Shown: piece after piece, positions 57,050 to 64,000 of the stretch | Numbering within the stretch: position 1 is the first letter of the stretch | How the letters are laid out: every line of letters starts with the position of its first letter | From: Polyangiaceae bacterium | GTDB lineage: Bacteria; Myxococcota_A; Polyangia; Polyangiales; Polyangiaceae | Length of the DNA stretch: 64,000 nucleotides | Assembly: GCA_044222475.1 (NCBI GenBank) | Contig: JBGANF010000003.1 | Span: 32,001-96,000, forward strand | Direction of reading: 5' to 3' | Made by a program: the position numbers and the translations under genes | The notes under the pieces: model-generated | Database searches by the model: none | What the model saw: the letters and a program-made list of their open reading frames with translations, nothing else | What the model was told of the DNA's origin: nothing

Positions 57050-60000
57050 ATGAGTTCGACGGGATCGCGAGCCATCGTTTCAGTTTGTCTTTGCGCGGCA
57101 CTCCTCCGTGGAAATGACGTCCGACCCGCCGCCGCGGAGCGCATCACGGTGCCAGTCCGTTCGAGCTTGAACGCGACCATCGCCGGCCTTCCTTTGCGGT
57201 TCGAAGCCAACGCAGGTCAGTGGGACGAGAGCATCCGGTACGTCGCGCGCACGGGGCCGTCGGCCGTCTACCTCACGGACGAGGGAGCGACGTGGATGTT
57301 TCGGTCTCCGAGCTCGGCGTCGACGATCTTGGAGATGAAGGTAGCCGGCGGTCGGCTCGTCACGCCGACGGCCAGCGACGAGCTCGTGACGAGGAGCAAC
57401 TACTTCGTCGGCAATGACCCCTCGCGCTGGCGGACCGACGTCCGCAATTTCGGTCGTGCAACGTATCGGAACGTTCGCGACGGCGTCGACCTCGTCTTTC
57501 ACGGTGACGGAAGCCAACTCGAATACGACTTCATCGTCGCGCCCGGAACGAGCCCGAATGACGTCGCGATGGAAATCGAGGGTGCCGAAGGCCTGTCGCT
57601 CGCGCCGAGTGGCTCGTTGATCATCCACACGGTGGCAGGCGACCTGGAGGAGCCGCCTCCCCACATCTATCAAGTGCTCGCCGACGGTGGACGAGAGGTC
57701 GTCTCGGGAACGTATCGCCTCCAAGGCACGCGCCTCGCGTTCGACGTCGGTCCGTACGACCGCGACCGTGCACTCGTCATCGATCCCATCGTCGCGCTGT
57801 ATTCCACCTACCTCGGTGGCAGCGGCGAGGATGAGGCCTACGGTGTGGCACTCGACGGGAGTGGTAGTGCGTACATCGCGGGTCAAGCGACCGGAACGTT
57901 TCCGACGAAGAACCCTCTGCAAGGCGCGTTGGGCGGTGTCTTCGACGCCTTCGTCGCCAAGCTGAACCCTGCTGGCTCGGCGCTCGTCTACGCGACCTAC
58001 CTCGGCGGCAGCGCCGAGGAGTCGGCCTTCGGGATCGCGGTCGACAGTGGAGGCAACGCCTACGTCGTTGGCAGTACGGCGTCGGCCAACTTCCCGACGC
58101 AAGGGACGCTACAAGGCTACGCCGGAAACACGGACGCGTTCGTCGCGAAGCTCAACGCCGCCGGCTCGGCGCTCGTCTATTCGACATACGTCGGCGGAGC
58201 GTTGGACGAGCGTCCCCGCGCCGTGTGCGTCGACTCGACCGGCAACCTATACGCAGTCGGTGAGACGACCTCCGCCAACTTTCCCACCGTCGCCGCGCAA
58301 CAAGCCTCGTACGCCGGGACTACGGATGCATTCGTCTTCAAGCTGAACTCGTCGGGGTCGGCGTTCGTGTACTCCACCTTCCTCGGCGGAAACTCGGGAG
58401 ACTACGGTTTGGGGATCGCCAGCGACGGCGCTGGCAACGCGTACGCCATCGGCTCCACCTATTCGCCTAATTTTCCGACCAAGAACCCACTGAAAGGCAG
58501 CCTCGGCGGGGCTGAAGACGCGTTCATCACGAAGCTCGACGCAGCCGGCGCAACGGTCTTCTCGACGTACTTCGGTGGCTCGTCGAGCGACGCGGGGACA
58601 GCAATCGCGTTGGGCGGGAGCGGCAAGCTGTTCGTCACCGGTATCACCTCCTCCGCCGACTTCCCCGTTCAGAATGCGTACCAGTCCTCGATCGCGTCCA
58701 TTCCCGACGCGTACGTCGCAAGCCTCAACGCAACGGGATCCGCGATCCTCTATTCGACGTTTCTGGGCGGTGCCGGCGACGATTACGCGACGACCATCGC
58801 CGCGGATGCGAACGACAATGCATTCGTCGCGGGCTGGACAGGGGCGAACGATTTCCCCACCTCGAACGCGTTCCAGACCTCCAAAAGTGGACTCGACGCT
58901 GGCTTCGTGGCGAGGTTCAGTGCATCGGGTTCCGTCTGGTGGTCGACCTACCTCGGCGGCAACGTCTATAGCCACCCGAGAGGAATCGTCACCGACGGGA
59001 ACCGCAACGCCTACGTCGCTGGAGGCACGAGCTCGACCGACTTCCCGACGAAGACGCCCATCCAGGGGGTCAAGAGTGGGGGTTTCGACGCCTTCGTGAC
59101 GAAGCTGGGCTGGCCCGCTCTCGTGATCGGGCCATCCTTCCCCACGGTGCCACCCAAGTCGTCGAAGACGTTCATCGCCAGCGGCGGGAGCGGCGTCGGC
59201 TACACCTATGCGCTCTCGGTCAACGCGAGCGGCGCCACCATCAACCCTTCCACCGGCGTGTACGTGGCAGGCTCCACGCCGAGCGTCACGGATACGGTTC
59301 TCGTCACCGATTCCGACACCGACACGGTCTCCACCCCCGTCTTCGTCGGGCCTGGCGTGAGCGTGCTGCCAGCGAACCCGACGCCAGCTCCAAAAGGAAC
59401 GATCGGATTCTCGGCGACGGGGGGCTCCGGCGTGGGATGGGTGTGGTCTCTCACCAGCAACAACTCGGGAGCGACGATCAACGCGAGCAGTGGCGTCTAC
59501 ACCGCCGGCGCCACGCCGAGCGTCACCGACACGGTCCACGTCAGCGACTCACTCGGCAACGTGGCCAACGTCAACGTCAGCGTAGGTCCGGGAGTAAGCA
59601 TCTCCCCAGCGAGCCCTGCGGTGCCTCCCAAGGGCGCCGTCGCGTTCACCGCGACGGGTGGAAACGCGTTCGGATGGAAGTGGACGGTCACCACGAACAA
59701 CTCGGGTGCGACGATTGGGCTCACCAGTGGCGCCTACGTTGCGGGCGCCGTCGGAAACGTCGTCGACAAGGTGCAGGTCACCGACAGTCTCGGTAACGCC
59801 GCGACCGTCAACGTTTCGGTGGGCGGCGGCCTCGCCATCAACCCGGCGGGGCCGAGCACACCGACGAAAGGCTCGATCGCCTTCACCGCGATCGGCGGCA
59901 GCGGTGTGGCGTACGCCTGGTCACTTTCGACGAATGCGTCCGGCGGCACGATCAACGTAGCGAGCGGCCAATATGTGGCGGGCTCGACAGGAGGGGTGAC

Positions 60001-60601
60001 CGACTCGGTGACGGTCGTGGATTCGCTCGCCAACGCCGCGACCGTGAGCGTGACCGTTGGGCCGACTCTGACGGTCACGCCGAGCTCTGCCACCGTTCTA
60101 CCCGGCGACAGCGTCGCCTTCTCGGCCTCGGGCGGCAGCGGCAACGCGTACGCATGGGCGTTCCTCTCCAACGCAAGCGCCGGAAGTCTCGATCCCAATA
60201 CCGGCGCGTACGTCGCCGGAACCACCGCGAGCGTGACCGATTCGATCCAGGTCGCCGACTCGCTCGGCAACACTGCAACCGCATCCATCAAGGTCAAGAG
60301 CACGATCGCCGATGCCGGCGTCGGAGACGGCAGCGTCATCGAACCCGACGCAGGAACAACCGTCGACGCCGGCGCGGGAGGCCCGCCATCCAGCGAAGGG
60401 TGCGGCTGCACGGTGCCCGGCGAGATGCGCGGGTCGGGAGGCTACGCGATGCTCGTCGCGATCGTCGTGTTCGTCGGTGTGCGGGCACGCCGCCGCCCTA
60501 CTTCGACCGCACCTCGGCGCCCCACCAGTGGTGACCCGCGCTCGACTGCGAATGGATCACGTACGGCGCGACGCTCTTCGAGGGCTGCGATTTCAGGGTG
60601 A
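57050..60601 (+). CDS. Large surface protein: N-terminal domain + 7 SBBP propeller repeats + 5 Ig-like repeats + MYXO-CTERM-like tail
   Basis: PLRFEANAGQ, seven YSTYLGG-type repeats, five 79-aa repeats, GCGC + hydrophobic + RARRR. Confidence 0.88.
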   Translation: MSSTGSRAIVSVCLCAALLRGNDVRPAAAERITVPVRSSLNATIAGLPLRFEANAGQWDESIRYVARTGPSAVYLTDEGATWMFRSPSSASTILEMKVAGGRLVTPTASDELVTRSNYFVGNDPSRWRTDVRNFGRATYRNVRDGVDLVFHGDGSQLEYDFIVAPGTSPNDVAMEIEGAEGLSLAPSGSLIIHTVAGDLEEPPPHIYQVLADGGREVVSGTYRLQGTRLAFDVGPYDRDRALVIDPIVALYSTYLGGSGEDEAYGVALDGSGSAYIAGQATGTFPTKNPLQGALGGVFDAFVAKLNPAGSALVYATYLGGSAEESAFGIAVDSGGNAYVVGSTASANFPTQGTLQGYAGNTDAFVAKLNAAGSALVYSTYVGGALDERPRAVCVDSTGNLYAVGETTSANFPTVAAQQASYAGTTDAFVFKLNSSGSAFVYSTFLGGNSGDYGLGIASDGAGNAYAIGSTYSPNFPTKNPLKGSLGGAEDAFITKLDAAGATVFSTYFGGSSSDAGTAIALGGSGKLFVTGITSSADFPVQNAYQSSIASIPDAYVASLNATGSAILYSTFLGGAGDDYATTIAADANDNAFVAGWTGANDFPTSNAFQTSKSGLDAGFVARFSASGSVWWSTYLGGNVYSHPRGIVTDGNRNAYVAGGTSSTDFPTKTPIQGVKSGGFDAFVTKLGWPALVIGPSFPTVPPKSSKTFIASGGSGVGYTYALSVNASGATINPSTGVYVAGSTPSVTDTVLVTDSDTDTVSTPVFVGPGVSVLPANPTPAPKGTIGFSATGGSGVGWVWSLTSNNSGATINASSGVYTAGATPSVTDTVHVSDSLGNVANVNVSVGPGVSISPASPAVPPKGAVAFTATGGNAFGWKWTVTTNNSGATIGLTSGAYVAGAVGNVVDKVQVTDSLGNAATVNVSVGGGLAINPAGPSTPTKGSIAFTAIGGSGVAYAWSLSTNASGGTINVASGQYVAGSTGGVTDSVTVVDSLANAATVSVTVGPTLTVTPSSATVLPGDSVAFSASGGSGNAYAWAFLSNASAGSLDPNTGAYVAGTTASVTDSIQVADSLGNTATASIKVKSTIADAGVGDGSVIEPDAGTTVDAGAGGPPSSEGCGCTVPGEMRGSGGYAMLVAIVVFVGVRARRRPTSTAPRRPTSGDPRSTANGSRTARRSSRAAISG

Positions 60602-61766
60602 TCGTGAGCTTCACCTTCTGCCCCGCGTTGACGGTCGTCTTGTCGAACGCGAAGCCGAGCGACGCGTTGCCGCCGATCCGCGAGCTGATGTCCTCCGCCG
60701 TGAGCGTCCAGTCGACCGCGGTCCCGTCCGCGTAGGGATCGAGATCGATCGTCTTCGATTCGCCGACGGCGAGCCACAGCGTCTGCATGCCGGCCTCCAC
60801 CGCGGCGTTGAAATAGACCTCGCTCTTGGGTTGGGTCACGCACGGCGCGTGTCCGGAGCGAGCGCTCTTGTTCGACCACCCGCGTTGGACCGAGAAGGTG
60901 CTCTCGACCATCGTCTCGAAGCCCCAGGGGTAATCGCAGACGTCACCGTTCTCGCCGCCGTAGTAGAGCCAGCCGAAATCCTGCATCACCCACCCCTGAT
61001 CCTTGCCGGGGTGAGGATCCGTCGCCGCTTCGAGGAGCTCGTGGCTGCCGGCGACGGTGAGGAACGGCTCGCCGCTGCAGCGCGGCTCGATCGCGTAGGC
61101 GGTCTCGACGTACTGCACGCCGCCCTTCGGGAGTAGGGACGCCGAGTAGTGGTACGCGCCGAACCCCGAGCAGCTCGTGAGCTTGTCGAACTTGATCGTC
61201 GTCCCGGACGGGAACCAGATTTGGTAGACGGTCTGCTCGTCGGGCGGGGGGAACAGGCCGAGGTTGACGTGGTCCTGGATGAACTGGACGACGGTCGACC
61301 CGGTGCCGTCTTCGCTGTCGACCAGGCTCGCGGGCGGGGCCTCGTTCAAGACGACGTGGCCGCCGTTCGACCCCGGCCCGATGCACGGCGAGCCTTTGGG
61401 GAGGACGCAGTATTCGCTGGTCGTGTCGGTCCACCACGGGGTCTGGGTGATCGTGTCGCCGAAGAGCTGAAGCCGCGCGACGACCGCCGGGTTGTCGCTC
61501 GCAAAGGTCACGGTCACGACCTTCATCGACGTGAGCAGGGCCCCCCCCAGGTAGTCGAGGCCCGGCATCCGGGCCCCGGGGCTGAGCGGCGGGAGCGGCG
61601 GGACGTCCGGAGCGGCTTCGATCGCGGCTTCCTGGACGTCGGGGCCTGCGTCGATCGAGGCTTCCAACCCGGCGTCCGGTGGCGAGATCGTCACCCCGTC
61701 GTCGCCGCTGCAGGCGGCGCACGCGACGAGGATCCCAAGCCCGAGCGCGACCCAACTCCGAGCCAT
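60498..61766 (-). CDS. Lipoprotein with PHI-1/EXORDIUM-like motifs
   Basis: ACAAC lipobox region; YLGGALL, GAYH, SHELLEAATDP, GW, GENGDVC. Confidence 0.7.
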   Translation of the reverse strand: MARSWVALGLGILVACAACSGDDGVTISPPDAGLEASIDAGPDVQEAAIEAAPDVPPLPPLSPGARMPGLDYLGGALLTSMKVVTVTFASDNPAVVARLQLFGDTITQTPWWTDTTSEYCVLPKGSPCIGPGSNGGHVVLNEAPPASLVDSEDGTGSTVVQFIQDHVNLGLFPPPDEQTVYQIWFPSGTTIKFDKLTSCSGFGAYHYSASLLPKGGVQYVETAYAIEPRCSGEPFLTVAGSHELLEAATDPHPGKDQGWVMQDFGWLYYGGENGDVCDYPWGFETMVESTFSVQRGWSNKSARSGHAPCVTQPKSEVYFNAAVEAGMQTLWLAVGESKTIDLDPYADGTAVDWTLTAEDISSRIGGNASLGFAFDKTTVNAGQKVKLTITLKSQPSKSVAPYVIHSQSSAGHHWWGAEVRSK

Positions 61767-61839
61767 GGACCATTCTCCCACGACCGGGGGGGCATGTCGG
61801 GATGAATATCGTATGATGTGCCGCACCAAGAGGTACCCG

Positions 61840-62790
61840 ATGTCGCGCGCTCGCCTTGCTTCCCTCGCGTCCGTTTCTTTCGCACTGGTCGTCGCCTGTG
61901 GCGGCGCGACCGAGACCAACCTGTTCGATCCCCCGCCCAACGGCACGAACGACGGCGGCAAAGTGGACTCCGGGATCGAAACCGGTCCCATCCCGGACGG
62001 AAGCAACTGTGGCGCCTGCGGCGCTCCGGCGCCGCCCGGGTTCCACTACGTGCGCTACGCCGAGGATCGCAACGGCGCTTGCCCGTCCGGGACGACCACC
62101 ATCGACGTCGTGAGCAACTTGTCCGACTCGGTCGCCTGCAAGTGCACGTGCACTGCCAACACTCCCGACTGCTCTCTCGGAAACCTCACCCGCTCTTCGG
62201 ACTTCGATCCGAACAACGCGACCTGCAACCAGACCGGGACCACGCTCACCGCGTCCGCCCCGAACTGCACCCCGTTCAACAACTTCACCATCCAGCTCGG
62301 CAACCACATCAAGGTGAACCCGCCGGTCATCCAGGGCACCTGCACGACGGAAGCGAAGCCCGACCTGTCGGGCATCAAGGCGACGCAGGGTCGCGTGTGC
62401 GACGCACCCGCGGAGTGCAGCGGCATCGTGTGCGGCGGACCGAAGAAGTGCATCGCGCAGCAGGGAGACGTCGCGTGCCCGGCCGGCTTCGGCAACAAGA
62501 CGCTCGTCGGCACCGGAGCGAACGCCAAGTGCGAAGCCTGCCCCGACTGCAAAGCCGACGTGCAGTGCACCGGCACCCTCTCGTTCTTCACGAACCAACA
62601 GTGCACGACCGGCCAGATCGACATGACGGCCGACAGCCAGTGCGTGAACCGACCGGTGAACTCGGGCGGCGTGGGTTACGTCGCGTACAAGTACAAGGGA
62701 AGCGTCAAGTCGGCGACCTGCACGCCGACGGGTGACACCAAGGGCGCCACCGTGCTCGAGGGTCAGACGACGATCTGCTGCGCGAATTAG
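61840..62790 (+). CDS. Cysteine-rich lipoprotein
   Basis: VVAC lipobox; about 25 Cys; ends TICCAN. Confidence 0.8.
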   Translation: MSRARLASLASVSFALVVACGGATETNLFDPPPNGTNDGGKVDSGIETGPIPDGSNCGACGAPAPPGFHYVRYAEDRNGACPSGTTTIDVVSNLSDSVACKCTCTANTPDCSLGNLTRSSDFDPNNATCNQTGTTLTASAPNCTPFNNFTIQLGNHIKVNPPVIQGTCTTEAKPDLSGIKATQGRVCDAPAECSGIVCGGPKKCIAQQGDVACPAGFGNKTLVGTGANAKCEACPDCKADVQCTGTLSFFTNQQCTTGQIDMTADSQCVNRPVNSGGVGYVAYKYKGSVKSATCTPTGDTKGATVLEGQTTICCAN

Positions 62791-62819
62791 TCGACGGAGG
62801 GCTAGTATTCCCGCCGTCG

Positions 62820-63488
62820 ATGTTGCCCACCCATAGTGGCCAACCCCCATTGGAAGAAGGCAGCCTCTTCGCGCCGGCCCCGACCGAGATCGGGAGCCCG
62901 CAGAGCGTCGAAGGGACGACTGCCGACGCTGGCGGGCTGATCGCGCTCATCGGCCCGTTCGCGGTCGTGCTCGGCGGCGTGTGCGGCGTGGCGGGCTTCT
63001 TCCTCACCGCCGCGTGGCTTCACTCGTCGAACCCGGCGATGGGGGACCTGCAGCTGATGCTGAGCGCGATCGTCGTCGGCGCGATCGCCGGCGTCGGCGG
63101 GTACCTCGGCGGGCAACGTTGGGGCTCGGCCCCACCGGAGGTGAAGGAGCTCACGTACATCGGGCTGCGCGGCGCCGCGCGCGTGTACCGCGTGGGTCCC
63201 CCCGACGTCGTCTGCTTCCGCGACGTCGCGCGCGTTCAAGTCGAGGATCGAAGGCGTGACGACAACGTCGTCGAGCGCACGTGGACGTTCATCGACTTCG
63301 AGGGGAAGACTCGCTTCACCGCGCGCGGGCAGAGCACCCTGCAGCCGAGCTCGATCGATCCCGCTCAGGGCAAGCTCGACCTCGCGTGGCACTTCGGAGC
63401 CGCGGTGGCGGCGGCGGTGCAAGGCGCCCTCGCCAACCCGTCGATGAGGCCGCCGGCGCCGCCTTCCGCGGGGGACGACCTCGACTAG
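62820..63488 (+). CDS. Hypothetical membrane protein
   Basis: Two TM helices followed by a soluble domain. Confidence 0.65.
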   Translation: MLPTHSGQPPLEEGSLFAPAPTEIGSPQSVEGTTADAGGLIALIGPFAVVLGGVCGVAGFFLTAAWLHSSNPAMGDLQLMLSAIVVGAIAGVGGYLGGQRWGSAPPEVKELTYIGLRGAARVYRVGPPDVVCFRDVARVQVEDRRRDDNVVERTWTFIDFEGKTRFTARGQSTLQPSSIDPAQGKLDLAWHFGAAVAAAVQGALANPSMRPPAPPSAGDDLD

Positions 63489-63491
63489 CGG

Positions 63492-63520
63492 GCACCCCGG
63501 ACTTCAGTCCGGGGCGCTCA
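63492..63520. repeat. Third copy of the REP-like palindrome (possible bidirectional terminator)
   Basis: gcaccccggacttcagtccggggcgctca between convergent genes. Confidence 0.8.
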
Positions 63521-64000
63521 GAGCAGAGCCTTCACCCGCTCGCCGATGACGCGCGACGCGTCGGCGACTGGCACGAGCTCGGCCTTCTTCGGATCGGGCT
63601 CGCTCCGCGGCTTGAGCTCGAAGTTTCCGCCGGCGAGACCCTTGCCGCCGATGGTGACCCGCAGCGGGCACCCGATGAGGTCGGCGTCCTTGAACTTCAC
63701 GCCCGGGCGCTCGTCCCGATCGTCCCAGAGGACCTCGATGCCCTGCGCCTCGAGATCGGCGACGAGCTTCGTCGCCGCCGACGTGACCGCCTCGTCGGTG
63801 CCGATCGTGCAGACGTGCACGTGGTACGGCGCGAGGCTCATCGGCCACCGGATGCCGTTCTCGTCGTGGTGCTGCTCGATCGCGGTCGCGACGAGGCGCG
63901 ACACGCCGATGCCGTAGCAGCCCATGATGATGGCCTTCTCTTCGTTCTTCTCGTCGAGGAACGTCGCCTTCATCTTCGTCGAGTAGTGGGTACCGAGGAT
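63518..64000 (-). CDS. proS: Prolyl-tRNA synthetase (3' part; start outside window)
   Basis: MGCYGIGVSR, HDENGIRWP, DDRDERPGVKFKDADLIG. Confidence 0.96.
   Translation of the reverse strand: MLGTHYSTKMKATFLDEKNEEKAIIMGCYGIGVSRLVATAIEQHHDENGIRWPMSLAPYHVHVCTIGTDEAVTSAATKLVADLEAQGIEVLWDDRDERPGVKFKDADLIGCPLRVTIGGKGLAGGNFELKPRSEPDPKKAELVPVADASRVIGERVKALL

Noticed and set aside
195..63917. Many long Arg/Pro/Ala-rich overlapping and antisense ORFs in the six-frame track
   Set aside because: Expected shadow ORFs in very high-GC DNA; each overlaps a better-supported gene and has no recognisable motifs.
1..64000. rRNA, tRNA, riboswitch, transposase, reverse transcriptase/DGR, prophage or biosynthetic gene cluster
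   Set aside because: None recognised by eye; intergenic gaps are mostly short. An Infernal/Rfam scan would be needed to exclude small ncRNAs at 20595-20885 and 32353-32595.

Overview
A gene-dense, very GC-rich bacterial chromosome segment, most likely from Myxococcota. The assignment rests on a TIGR02266-type PilZ protein, MYXO-CTERM-like tails, three Hanks-type Ser/Thr kinases and many lipoproteins; a Polyangiales-like origin is inference. About 57 CDS are supportable. They include housekeeping genes (nadA, alr, mlaE, rpoH-family sigma, rsmI, dnaJ, UvrD/Rep helicase, partial proS), transporters (EmrAB-type pump, heterodimeric ABC exporter, ABC-F) and many envelope or secreted proteins. I saw no rRNA, tRNA, CRISPR array, transposase, integrase or recognisable defence system. 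The most interesting signals are: (1) two copies of a membrane kinase + TPR/PEGA gene module whose partner ends in a beta-hairpin-like tail with terminal Phe, a candidate trans-envelope signalling system; (2) a sigma54 activator with an N-terminal XRE-type HTH and no C-terminal HTH, divergent from emrAB; (3) two sigma54-like promoters that predict leaderless mRNAs; (4) an orphan FliI/SctN ATPase behind dnaJ; (5) a NusG-KOW fusion protein and a small unlisted ORF beside rpoH; (6) REP/REPIN-like palindromes and G-rich hexamer repeats. Start codons were chosen by eye. Family names come from motif recognition, not database searches.
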